A DNA stretch of 64,000 bases from an uncultured Thermoleophilia bacterium (GTDB lineage Bacteria > Actinomycetota > Thermoleophilia > RBG-16-64-13): positions 112,878-176,877 of the forward strand of contig CAVVNF010000014.1 in assembly GCA_963749535.1 (NCBI GenBank), written 5' to 3'. Under the pieces are notes generated by a model. The model worked only from the letters and a program-made list of their open reading frames with translations. It had not been told where the DNA came from and ran no database searches. Positions 49,389 to 58,956 of the stretch are shown here, one piece after another. Both the position numbers and the translations under genes were made by a program. Each line of letters begins with the position of its first letter. Position 1 is the stretch's first letter.

Positions 49389-51148
49389 ATGAGTGCGGAA
49401 GAAGCCACCTACACGATGATCCAGGAATTCGACCACATGGTCCCCATGCGGGACGGTGTCAGGTTGGCTACGGACGTCTTTCGACCGGATGCTCCGGGCA
49501 AGTTCCCGGTTCTCTATACCTGCGCCGTGCACAACAAAGACCTCCAGCGCCCTGAGGTCGCAGAGGTCATCCCGCCGCAGCCGTCGTACTCGCCGCTTTG
49601 GTACGGAGTCATCGAGAGCGGTGACACCAAGTTCTTCGTAGCCAACGGCTACGTTCACGTCCATTGCCAGCTGCGCGGTGTCGCGAAGTCTGAGGGCAAT
49701 TACAGCGAGGACAAGACCGATCATTACGACATGATCGAGTGGATCACCAAGCAGCCGTGGTGCGATGGCAACGTGGGCATGGTGGGGATCTCGGCCTTCG
49801 GCGGCGAGCAGTTCCGCGCGGCCCTTCAGGGTCACCCGGCGCTCAAGGCCATTTTCCCGTACGATCCCATGGGCGCCTACGGTGGGATGTGGAGCTTCAG
49901 GGAGTTCAATCCCGGCGGCGTCATCCACACCATGATGTACTACCTGTACCCGCTGGGCACCGTCCACGAGCCGTGCGGCGCGCCCGGACCACTGTCTCCG
50001 GAGGAAGAGGAGAAGTGGCAGTGGGCCATCAACAATCGCGACTACAAGATGTACGCGCATCTGTGGAGCATCCTCACCCAGCGCGGCCAGAGGAACGGCG
50101 GCATGTACGAGATCCTCGTCGATCCGTACGACGACCCGAAGGCGCTGGCGGAGAGCGAAGAGAACTTCAAGCAGATAAGGATCCCCTTCTACACCGGATC
50201 GGGGCAGTACTCGTACTCGTACAAGCTCCATTGGCAGGGTATGCAGCACTGGTTCCAGAACGTGCAGGGCGTGCCGAAGAAGATGATCATCAACGACCCC
50301 TCGCACATGGAGCGCCCGTTCTGGGAGATGCACGGGGAGATCCTCCGCTGGTACGACTACTGGCTGAAGGGCAAGGAAACCGGCATCTTGGACGACCCGC
50401 CGGTGAAATACTGGGTGATGGGCGAGAACGTCTACCGCACCGCCGAAGACTGGCCCATCCCCGGCACTCAGTGGACCAAGTATTACCTGGACACCTGGGA
50501 GCGGCTCAAGACCACGCCCACGCCACCGGCAAGCCAGAGTCAGTCCGTGGACAAGGAACCGGACGCTTTCGTGCAGATGCCGCCCACCAAGACCATGAAG
50601 ATAGAGCGGCTCCGCTACATGACGCCCCCGCTGGCGAAAGACACACTCGTCGCGGGTCCCATCTCGCTCACGCTCTACGCTGAGATCGACCAGGAAGACA
50701 CTAACTGGATCGTTATCCTGAAGGACGTGGGGCCGGACGTGTCGGTGCGCACGCAGCGGGAAGGCGAACGGCTCGTGCCCCGAAGACTCTGCCGGAGCGC
50801 GAGCTGACACGGGGCTGGCTGAAAGCGTCGCACCGGGCCGTCGACGAGTCACGGTCGAAGCCCTGGGCGCCCTGGCACCCGTTGACCAAGGAGGCCCAAC
50901 AGCCGGTGGTGCCCGGCGAGATCAACGAGTACAAGATCGAAGTCTTGTCGACGGCGAACATGTTCAAAGCCGGACACCGGATCTGTCTCGACATCACGTG
51001 CCTGGACCTGGCCACCGGCACCGGCGGTCTGACGAACATCGAGTACTTCGCTCCCCACATATGCAGCAGCAAGACCACACTCCACAAGGTCCATCACAAC
51101 GCGGAATACCCGTCGCACTTGCTGCTACCGATCATCCCGCTGGACTGA
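49389..51148 (+). CDS. CocE/NonD family alpha/beta hydrolase 2; one apparent frameshift near 50780
   Basis: ATG 49389 follows AGGAGG. Motifs: MRDGVRLATDVFRP, nucleophile elbow GMVGISAFG. The C-terminal domain continues in ORF 50882-51148 (GHRICLDITCLD). Confidence 0.8.
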
Positions 51149-51186
51149 ACAGCGGTCGATCGAGCAGGTATGTCCTCCTGTATTTC

Positions 51187-51229
51187 GTGGGGCCCGGCCC
51201 AGGCCGGGCCCCACGGCGCGACGCCGTGG
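51187..51229 (+). terminator. Two overlapping GC hairpins after the hydrolase operon
   Basis: GTGGGGCCCGGCC/GGCCGGGCCCCAC at 51187-51214, and CCACGGCG-cga-CGCCGTGG at 51211-51229. No downstream T tract. Confidence 0.45.
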
Positions 51230-51345
51230 GAGGCCTCCGCTCCTTTGGCCATGTGTTACCCTCGGTGGCGGGGTGAGCGCATCGACCAGGCTTGAGATCA
51301 GGGCCTGAAATCGCCCTCATCGGGGGCAGGAGTTGGACGGTTTGC

Positions 51346-51975
51346 ATGGACGAACATGCAAGTAATGTAGGGGCAAGAAAGAATCCCCCGCGGCTGAAAA
51401 AGTCGGAGAGGCGGACTCAGATCATCGACGCCACCTTGCGTCTTGTGGCTGCGCACGGCGTCCAAGGCACCACCACCGCGCGCATTGCCGCCGCCGTTGG
51501 TCTGAGTGAGCCGGCGCTCTACCGGCATTTTGCCAACAGGAAAGAGATGCTGTTGGCCGCGCTCGAGGTGGTTTTCGACCGGGTGCTCGGGGCGGTCACC
51601 GTATCCCAAGAAGGCAACGCCCTGGAGCGCCTGCGGCGGATCGGGCAACACCACACGGAGACGCTTTCCTCGGACGAGCCCTGGTTCGTGAGTCCGCTTT
51701 TCGACTTTGTCGTTGCCCCCGAACAAGAGGGGCTGCGTGAGCGTGTGAGGACCCTTTCACTGAGGACTGCCGGTGCCGTCGCCTCCATCATCGAGGATGG
51801 GAAAGTCGAGGGCAGCGTGCGTCCCAACGTCGATGCGCAACGCATGGCGCTGCGCGTAATGGCCTTCTTCTGGTCGGAGGACGTCGCCTACCTGATGGGC
51901 ATCCCCGAGTTCGTCACCACCGGGCTCTCCACGGAGACACTCGAAGGGGTCCTTGCCGAGATAGCGTCCGCGTAG
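51346..51975 (+). CDS. TetR/AcrR family regulator (paralog 3)
   Basis: HTH GVQGTTTARIAAAVGLSEPALYRHF. The ATG at 51346 was chosen inside ORF 51292-51975. Confidence 0.85.
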   Translation: MDEHASNVGARKNPPRLKKSERRTQIIDATLRLVAAHGVQGTTTARIAAAVGLSEPALYRHFANRKEMLLAALEVVFDRVLGAVTVSQEGNALERLRRIGQHHTETLSSDEPWFVSPLFDFVVAPEQEGLRERVRTLSLRTAGAVASIIEDGKVEGSVRPNVDAQRMALRVMAFFWSEDVAYLMGIPEFVTTGLSTETLEGVLAEIASA

Positions 51976-52099
51976 CTGCGTGGAGCCGGACAGGCTCTGC
52001 CTCTTTCGCCTCAGTCCGCGTGCCCGGCAGGCTGCCTTCCCTGCCAGTCAGACCGGACGCCCTGGTCTGGGCACGAAGCTCCGCATCGGTGAACAAAAC

Positions 52100-52144
52100 T
52101 TGACGCGGGCGCATTATGCGCTAAACTTGTTAGTACCCGCTAAC
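52100..52144 (+). promoter_or_regulatory. Promoter-like TTGACG-16-TAAACT with palindrome GCGCATTATGCGC in the spacer and TTAG-N6-CTAA just downstream
   Basis: TTGACG at 52100-52105, GCGCATTATGCGC at 52109-52121, TAAACT at 52122-52127, GTTAGTACCCGCTAAC at 52129-52144. Lies between tetR3 and the catabolic operon. Confidence 0.4.
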
Positions 52145-52289
52145 ATGATTTCTGCTTTCCACGATCTGAGAACGCTACAGACTGGATGCAAAAGAGACTG
52201 AGGCCCGCGAGAGGCGATCGGGCCGAGTCGTTCTTCACAAGTTTGGGCGGGATGACAGATGCGGAATCCAACCTCTGAGAGGAGTTGAC

Positions 52290-53183
52290 GTGGGTAAAGT
52301 CGGTTTCCTGGGCATGGGAGTCATGGGGTCAAGAATGGCCACCCGGCTTGTTGCCGCGGGCCACGAGGTGACGGTCTGGAACCGTACACCGGCGAAGTGC
52401 GACGCCCTGGTCGCGAAGGGCGCCCGCGTGGCGAACACTCCGGCGGAGGCCGCGGCGGGCAAGGATATCGTTCTGACGAACCTGACGGACGGACCGGCGC
52501 TCAAGAGTGTGGTCATGGGCAAGGACGGGGTCCTCGAGGCCGATCCTCTGCCCACGTTGCTCGTGGACATGGCCACCGTGGCGCCGGCTGAGTCGGCAGA
52601 GATCGCGGCAGCCGTCGAGCCTCGGGGCATCGGTTTCTTGCGTGCGCCAGTGAGCGGCACCATCATGGTGGCCGAGGCGGGGAAGCTGACCGTCCTTGCC
52701 TCCGGCGAGAGGGACGTCTTCGACGCGGCCGAACCCTACCTGGCTGTGCTCGGTGAGACCCGTTACTACGTGGGTCTGGGCGAGAGCTCGCGGTATCTCA
52801 AGCTGATCCATCAGATGATGATCGGCGCGAACATGCAGGTGTGGGCCGAAGGACTCGTGATGGGTGAAAAGGCCGGACTGGACTGGCAGATCATGCTTGA
52901 CGTGCTCGCGAACAGCGCAGTCGGTTCGGGCGTGGTGAAAGGCAAGATCCCGTCGCTTTCCGCACGCATCTACGACAACCCGGCCATGAGCCTGCACAAC
53001 ATCGTGAAAGACCTGGACCTCGCGCTCACCGCGGCGGATGGCGTAGGGGTCGAGTTGCCCGCCACCAAGCGGGTGCGGGAGCTTTACGAGTGGGCCATGG
53101 ATGATGGGTACGAATGGAAGGATTACTCGGCGCTCGTCCTCGAGTTGGAAAAGCGCGCCGGGTTGGAGCCAAAAGAGGGTTGA
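52290..53183 (+). CDS. NAD(P)-dependent beta-hydroxyacid dehydrogenase (3-hydroxyisobutyrate dehydrogenase family)
   Basis: GTG start. Motifs: VGFLGMGVMGSRMATRL, RAPVSGT, catalytic-region LKLIHQMM. Intact 297 aa. Confidence 0.85.
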   Translation: MGKVGFLGMGVMGSRMATRLVAAGHEVTVWNRTPAKCDALVAKGARVANTPAEAAAGKDIVLTNLTDGPALKSVVMGKDGVLEADPLPTLLVDMATVAPAESAEIAAAVEPRGIGFLRAPVSGTIMVAEAGKLTVLASGERDVFDAAEPYLAVLGETRYYVGLGESSRYLKLIHQMMIGANMQVWAEGLVMGEKAGLDWQIMLDVLANSAVGSGVVKGKIPSLSARIYDNPAMSLHNIVKDLDLALTAADGVGVELPATKRVRELYEWAMDDGYEWKDYSALVLELEKRAGLEPKEG

Positions 53184-53247
53184 TGGATCGTTATTACGCG
53201 CTGCAGGCGCCAAGTCTGCCCGCCTTGTGTGAGAGCGGCGGCTACTA

Positions 53248-54501
53248 ATGGCAAAACTCTTAGAGCATCAAGGTAAAGGCTGGCTTCGCGCGGCGGGTTT
53301 GCCGGTCCCGCGGGGCCGGGTGGCCTCCACTCCGGAGGAGGCCGCGGCTATCGCCGAAGAGCTCGGGTGCCCGGTGGTGGTGAAAGCTCAGGTCCATGCC
53401 GGCGGGCGAGGTAAGTCCGGCGGTCTGGCCATGGCCGACACTCCCGAGCAAGCGGCGCTTGCGGCCTCTTCGCTTCTGGGCCGCGAGTTCAAAGGCGCTG
53501 TCCTGCGCGAGGTTCTCGTGGAGGAGAAGCTCGACATCGCGAGCGAGTTCTACGCAAGCTACACGGTAAACTCGAGCCGGGACGCGCGCTGTCCCATGCT
53601 CATGTTCAGCTCCGAGGGCGGCGTTGACATCGAGAGCGTTCCCGAAGAGAAGCTGTTCCGGCTGCTCGTCTCGCCTACGAAAGGGCCGGATGTGTCGGCT
53701 CTCCTCGATGCTCTTCGCCAGGCCGGGATACGTGGCGTTCAGCAGAATGTGCTGGCGGGTTTTCTGGTCGATCTCTTCGAGGCTTATCACGCCTACGACT
53801 GCTTCACTCTCGAGATCAACCCGATCGTGGCGACCCCACTGGGCGATATTTACGCCGCCGATTGCAAGATGGAGATCGACAACAGCTCCGTCTTCAGGCA
53901 CCCGGAGATGGGTATCGAGGTAGCCCGCGATTTCGGTCACGAGCCGACGGAGCTAGACCTCATCGGCTGGGGCATCGAGGAGTTCGACCAACGTGGTTCG
54001 GGTTTCCTCATGAGCATGGGCTTCGACGAGAAGAGCCCGGGCTACATCGGCTACCACCCCATCGGGGGCGGCTCGGCGATGGTCGGCATGGACGCGCTGC
54101 GCAAAGTAGGGCTCAAGGTGGCCAATTATGCCGATACCAGCGGCAATCCGGTGGCCTCCAAGATATACCGGGTGGCTAAAGTGGTCCTTTCCCAGCCCGG
54201 CATAGAGGGCTACCTCCTCGCGGGCTTCATGATGGCCAACCAGGAGCAGTGGCACCACGCCCATGCCATCGTGAAAGCCTTGCGCGAGGTCTTGCCCTAC
54301 CGGCCCGGCCTGCCTTGCTTGCTCCTGCTGTGCGGCAACAAAGAGGAGGAGTCGCTCGCCATCCTGCGTGAAGGTCTCGCGGACGTGCCCGGCGGGGAGC
54401 GCATCGAGATATTCGGCCGGGAATACGTCACCGACACCGGGTTCATCGCCCAGAGGATGCTCGCCATGGTCGAGGACTACCATCGGGCGATGGGCGGGTG
54501 A
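53248..54501 (+). CDS. ATP-grasp acid-CoA ligase beta subunit-like protein (succinyl-CoA synthetase beta / citryl-CoA synthetase-like)
   Basis: Starts MAKLLEHQGKGWL, with VVKAQVHAGGRGKSGG and EINPI. The C-terminal CoA-ligase domain is divergent. Clearly distinct from the canonical sucC at 28824. Confidence 0.75.
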   Translation: MAKLLEHQGKGWLRAAGLPVPRGRVASTPEEAAAIAEELGCPVVVKAQVHAGGRGKSGGLAMADTPEQAALAASSLLGREFKGAVLREVLVEEKLDIASEFYASYTVNSSRDARCPMLMFSSEGGVDIESVPEEKLFRLLVSPTKGPDVSALLDALRQAGIRGVQQNVLAGFLVDLFEAYHAYDCFTLEINPIVATPLGDIYAADCKMEIDNSSVFRHPEMGIEVARDFGHEPTELDLIGWGIEEFDQRGSGFLMSMGFDEKSPGYIGYHPIGGGSAMVGMDALRKVGLKVANYADTSGNPVASKIYRVAKVVLSQPGIEGYLLAGFMMANQEQWHHAHAIVKALREVLPYRPGLPCLLLLCGNKEEESLAILREGLADVPGGERIEIFGREYVTDTGFIAQRMLAMVEDYHRAMGG

Positions 54502-54511
54502 GGAGATAAGC

Positions 54512-55789
54512 ATGCTCTCATTCTCAGAAAGAACAGTGACCGTCTCCATCGACACGGGCAGATGCCCCGAGTGCGTGAGCAAGGCCTGCGTGGCCGCCTG
54601 TCACAAGTATGCCCGCGGCATCCTCGAACTGAAGGACGGCATCCCATCCGTGGCCCATCTGGACGCCGAAGGAGTGAAGCGCGGCGGCACCGAGTGTCTG
54701 GCGTGCGAATACGAGTGCTGGTTTCGCGGCCGCCAGGCGATTTCAATCGACGTGCCTATCAAAGGCCTGCCGGAGTATCTGGCCAAGCGCGGGCTCCCGC
54801 AGACCGGCGCGCCCTCCGTTCGGGGACGAGTCCGGCCCGCCCAGCGAATCCCGCGGAACAGACGAGTGCCGCGGCGCGGCCGAAGGACGGTCGTAGCCAT
54901 GGGCATACTCATCGACAGAAACGTGAAGGTGATGGTGCAGGGGATCACCGGCCGCGAAGGCTCCCTGCGCGCTCAGTTCATGAAGGACTACGGCACTCGC
55001 GTCGTCGCGGGCACCAGCCCCGGCAAGAGCGGCGACCAGGTGTGCGGCATCCCGGTTTACGACACCGTAGAAGAGGCGATCGCCGCCCAGGGCCAGGTGG
55101 ATTTCAGCGTGATCTTCGTGCCGGGGCGCACCCTTCTGCCCGCCGTGAAAGAGGCGGCGGACGCCGGGGTCCCAAACCTCGTAGCCTGCGTGGAATCGGT
55201 GCCTATCCAGGACATCATGGTGATGGTCGAGTACTGCAGGGAGCGGGGCACTCGCCTGCTCGGCCCGGGGACCATCGGGATGATCACGCCCGGCGAGGCG
55301 GTCGTGGGTTGGCTCGGTGGCAGCGTGGAATGGGCGAACACGTTCTTCGCCCCCGGTCCCATCGGAGTCTTCTCGAGGAGCGGCGGCCAGTCCGGCACCA
55401 TACCCTGGGTGTTGAGCCGCGCCGGCTTCGGCGTCTCCACGGTGGTCCACACCGGCACGGAACCGGTGATCGGCACGTCCATGGCCGACCTGCTGCCGCT
55501 CTTTGAAGCCGATCCCAAGACCAAAGCGGTCGCCGTCTTTTCGGAGATCGGCGGCTCTCAGGAAGAGGAATGTGCGGAAGTCATCGCCTCGGGCGGCTTC
55601 ACAAAGCCATTCGTCATTTTCGTAGCCGGCTCCTGGGCACCGGAGGGCCAGCGCTTCTCGCACGCCTCCAGCATCGTGGAGAGAGGCCGTGGCTCGGCCA
55701 AGAGCAAGATGGAGGCCATCGAAAAAGCCGGCGGCTACGTGGCCGAGAGTCCCAACGACATCCCCCGCATCCTAACGGAGCTCTTATAG
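54512..55789 (+). CDS. Cys-rich ferredoxin-like N-terminal domain fused (as assembled) to a succinyl-CoA synthetase alpha-like CoA-binding subunit
   Basis: N-terminus: [21 protein letters not shown] (7 Cys). An Arg/Pro-rich linker covers 54790-54898. The alpha-like part starts at [21 protein letters not shown] (ATG 54899, preceded by GAAGGA), with SRSGGQSG and a conserved His in FSHASSIV. This could be two genes if an indel hides a stop. Confidence 0.65.
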   Translation: MLSFSERTVTVSIDTGRCPECVSKACVAACHKYARGILELKDGIPSVAHLDAEGVKRGGTECLACEYECWFRGRQAISIDVPIKGLPEYLAKRGLPQTGAPSVRGRVRPAQRIPRNRRVPRRGRRTVVAMGILIDRNVKVMVQGITGREGSLRAQFMKDYGTRVVAGTSPGKSGDQVCGIPVYDTVEEAIAAQGQVDFSVIFVPGRTLLPAVKEAADAGVPNLVACVESVPIQDIMVMVEYCRERGTRLLGPGTIGMITPGEAVVGWLGGSVEWANTFFAPGPIGVFSRSGGQSGTIPWVLSRAGFGVSTVVHTGTEPVIGTSMADLLPLFEADPKTKAVAVFSEIGGSQEEECAEVIASGGFTKPFVIFVAGSWAPEGQRFSHASSIVERGRGSAKSKMEAIEKAGGYVAESPNDIPRILTELL

Positions 55790-55930
55790 GGAGTCGCAGA
55801 GAGCAGCGCCGGGAAACAGACCGTATGCGACACCGCCGGATATCGGCGTTCGCGCAAGAGCTATCCGAGTCGCGACAAACCCGAATAACGACCAACCAGA
55901 ATAACGATCAAAGGAGTCACCTTGGCTGTC

Positions 55931-56813
55931 ATGCGTTCCGTTCTATATGTCCCCGGTAACAACGAGAAGATGATCGGCAAGGCTTACGGCCTCTCTGCCG
56001 ACATCGTCACTCTCGATCTAGAGGATTCGGTCCCGCCTGCCGAGAAGGCCCGCGCCCGCGAGATCTCGGCGGCCGCTCTTCTCGAAGTGGGCAAAGCCGG
56101 TTCCGAGGTGTACGTGCGCCTTAACAACTGGGAGACCCTCATGACCGACGACGATCTACGAGGCGGTCGTCCACAAGGGTCTGGCCGGGGTCACTTTGGC
56201 CAAATGCGGGCATCCCGACGACGTGAAACGGCTCGACTGGAAGCTGGATGAGTTGGAGCGTCGCCGCGGCCTCGAACGGGGGAGTATCAAGATCTCGCTC
56301 CTCCTTGAGACCGCCAAAGGGGTCATCCATGCATATCCGTCGTGCGGAGCCAGCCCGCGGGTCGTGAGCGCCATCTTCGGCGCCGTCGATTATACGAAAG
56401 ACATGCGGGTGAAGCTGACCTCCGAGGGTGAGGAGCAGAGGTACGCCCGCCGGCACATCGCCGTGGCAGCACGCGCCGCCGGCGTCGTGGCTATCGACGC
56501 TCCCTTCGTCGCCTACCAGGACATGGAAGCCTTCGAAGCCAACCTCCGCGACGGGCGCCAGATGGGCTACGAGGGCCGGATGATCATCCACCCGAGCCAG
56601 ATCGAAGTGTGCAACCGGCTTTACGCGCCCGATCCCGACGACGTGATCTGGGCCCAAGGGGTCGTGAAAGCGTTCGAAGAAGAAGCCATCGCCAAGGGCT
56701 CGGCGTCCATCTCATACAACGGTAAGATGGTCGACACTCCTGTCTACCTCAATGCGAAGGACATCCTGAGCGCTCATGAGGAGATCGAAGCCAAGAACGC
56801 GGGCAAGAACTAA
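55931..56813 (+). CDS. CitE/HpcH-family acyl-CoA lyase (citrate lyase beta / malyl- or citramalyl-CoA lyase-like); one apparent frameshift near 56155
   Basis: Motifs: RSVLYVPGNNEKM, DIVTLDLEDSV, LLETAKGV, FGAVDY, GRMIIHPSQI. ORF 55922-56251 joins ORF 56196-56813. Confidence 0.8.
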
Positions 56814-56857
56814 CCGAGAGTTAAGCGAGAGCAGATCCGAAAGATCGGGAGAAGAAC

Positions 56858-58066
56858 ATGGCTGATCCAGTTCCAGTAGCCGCGGTCGAGAGACTCGTCC
56901 AGAGCATCTCCACGGCCGAACTCGAGCGCCGGTGGGCAGCGACGCGGGAGATGATGAAGGAACACGGGCTCGACTACCTCGTGATGCAGAACAACGAGGA
57001 GTACCTCGGAGGGACGCCTCGTTGGTTCACCGACTTCGCCGCTCGTCACCAGTACCCCATGACCGTCATCTTCCCGGTGGATGGCGAGATGACCGTCATC
57101 AACTGCGGCATGGAGCCGCCCGCCGCGACGCCATTCCCGCCGATGTCGGCCGCCCGCGGCATCGGGAAGTCCCTGGGTGCGGTCTACTTCCCCACCACCC
57201 ACTACTCGAGTACGATCGAGGCCAAGCTGGCAGTGGACGTCCTCAAGGAGAAGAGGAACCCGACCATCGGCTGGGTGGACAGGACGTTCATCCCGGTGAC
57301 CTTCCATGAGTACGTGGTGGACAATCTGCCCGGGGCCGTCTTCGTGGACGCCACCGACTGGGTGGACCGGCTGAAAGTGGTGAAGAGCGCCGAGGAGATA
57401 GAGCTGATCCGAGCCTGTGCGCGCATCCAGGACGGGTGTGTGGAACACCTGACCCAGACCATCGTGCCAGGCATGCACGATTACGACGTCTACGCCGAGG
57501 CTCACTATTACTGCTCAAAGCACGGCAGTTCACGGGGCATCGTGCAGGTGGGTTCCGGGCCGTTGGGGACATGCGTGCCCTTCGATGTCTACCGGATGCA
57601 GAATCGCGTCATCGGCCACGGGGACCAGGTCTCGGTCTTGATCGAGACGAACGGTCCGGCCGGGTACTACTCGGAGCTCGTGAAGATCTTTACCGTGGGG
57701 GCTGAGCCGCCGAAATCGCTGCTGGATGCGTTCGCCACTTCTCTAGAGTGCCAGCACATGATCGCCAAGGCGATGGTTCCCGGTGCCGACCCCGGCGAAC
57801 TGTGGACGATGCACTGTGATTTCCTCACGGAAAGAGGCTACTTCTTACCGGGTCGGTCTTTCTCGCATGGGCAAGGTCTGTCGCTGGTGGAAAGGCCGAA
57901 CATCCGGCCGGAAGAGCCCTGGAAGCTCGAGAAGGGGATGAACATCGCGGTGCATCCGTCGGTCGTGCAGAAGAACGTGTGGGCCACCGTCTGCGACGGC
58001 TATATCGTCGGGGAAAACGGGGCTGAGAGGCTCCACAAGACCCCTCAGACGATCGCCCGGGTGTGA
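56858..58066 (+). CDS. M24 family (creatinase/Xaa-Pro peptidase fold) hydrolase, probably non-peptidase
   Basis: Creatinase_N-like N-terminal half plus a pita-bread C-terminal half (SAEEIELIRACARI, GDQVSVLIETNGPAGYYSE, SHGQGLSLVERP). By-eye alignment suggests several canonical metal ligands are substituted. Intact 402 aa. Confidence 0.75.
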   Translation: MADPVPVAAVERLVQSISTAELERRWAATREMMKEHGLDYLVMQNNEEYLGGTPRWFTDFAARHQYPMTVIFPVDGEMTVINCGMEPPAATPFPPMSAARGIGKSLGAVYFPTTHYSSTIEAKLAVDVLKEKRNPTIGWVDRTFIPVTFHEYVVDNLPGAVFVDATDWVDRLKVVKSAEEIELIRACARIQDGCVEHLTQTIVPGMHDYDVYAEAHYYCSKHGSSRGIVQVGSGPLGTCVPFDVYRMQNRVIGHGDQVSVLIETNGPAGYYSELVKIFTVGAEPPKSLLDAFATSLECQHMIAKAMVPGADPGELWTMHCDFLTERGYFLPGRSFSHGQGLSLVERPNIRPEEPWKLEKGMNIAVHPSVVQKNVWATVCDGYIVGENGAERLHKTPQTIARV

Positions 58067-58137
58067 ATCTCGTCCAACCACGCCGCGATGGCTGCGTTTC
58101 AACGATCCGTCGATAGAGAGCCCAAAAGGAGCGAGGG

Positions 58138-58935
58138 ATGAGTAAGAGGCTAGAAGGAAAGGTGGCCGTCATCACCGGTGGCGGCGGTGTGGGCCAGGCC
58201 ATCGTGGAGAAGTTCGTCCGGGAAGGGGCGACAGTCGCGGTTGTCGATTTCAGCCAGGCCAATATCGACCTGACCCTGAAAGCGATCGAGGCGCTGGGCG
58301 GCACCGGCATGGGTGTGCTCACCGACGTCAGCAACGAGCAGGCCGTCATCGACATGGCCGCTGCGGTGGCAAAGGCCTACGGCAAGATCGATGTCCTTGT
58401 GAACACGGCTGCGGTGCCCGATCCCACGGCCGCCCTGATCGATCTCAAGCTGGAGGATTGGAACAAGATCTTCGCCGTGGATCTCGTCGGTACGATGCTC
58501 TGCTCGAGAGAAGTTGTCAGGTTCATGATCCCTGCGAAGAGCGGGAGCATCATCAACATCGGGGCCGAAGGAGGCCGCGCCGGAGACGGTCGTGGCGGCT
58601 ACCCGATGCGGGCCGGCTACTGCTCCGCCAAAATGGGCGTGATCGGTCTTACCGAGACGCTCTCCCGCGAAGTGGGCAAGGACGGCATCCGCGTGAATTG
58701 CGTGAGTCCCGCCGGCGTCAACGGCGAGCGTTTCCGGACCGTGGTCATCGGGGGCAGGGCGAAGGCCCAAGGTATCTCCTACGAGGCGGCTCTCGCCGAC
58801 GAAGTAAGCAAATACTCGCTTGGCAGGGTGGTGGAGCCCATGGAGATAGCGAATCTCGTCGCCTTCCTGGCCTCCGACGAAGCGAGTGGGATCACCGGCC
58901 AGACTATCCCGGTGAACTGCGGTCTTCACTGGTAG
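58138..58935 (+). CDS. SDR family oxidoreductase
   Basis: Motifs: VAVITGGGGVGQA, NTAAV, catalytic YCSAK, PAGV. Intact 265 aa. Confidence 0.85.
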   Translation: MSKRLEGKVAVITGGGGVGQAIVEKFVREGATVAVVDFSQANIDLTLKAIEALGGTGMGVLTDVSNEQAVIDMAAAVAKAYGKIDVLVNTAAVPDPTAALIDLKLEDWNKIFAVDLVGTMLCSREVVRFMIPAKSGSIINIGAEGGRAGDGRGGYPMRAGYCSAKMGVIGLTETLSREVGKDGIRVNCVSPAGVNGERFRTVVIGGRAKAQGISYEAALADEVSKYSLGRVVEPMEIANLVAFLASDEASGITGQTIPVNCGLHW

Positions 58936-58956
58936 CTTCCTTGGGGGTTTGATCGC

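Noticed and set aside
48124-50852. Long minus-strand ORFs (48124-49230 and 49377-50852) and the plus-strand read-through ORF 48726-50807
   Set aside because: The minus-strand ORFs are antisense shadows of the flavoprotein and hydrolase genes. The plus-strand ORF begins out of frame inside the flavoprotein gene, and the real hydrolase start is ATG 49389 after AGGAGG.
54368-54511. Upstream extension of the 54512 ORF given in the ORF track
   Set aside because: It overlaps the end of the SCS-beta-like gene in another frame and translates to an Arg/Ser/Pro-rich string. ATG 54512, preceded by GAGGAG, is the sensible start.
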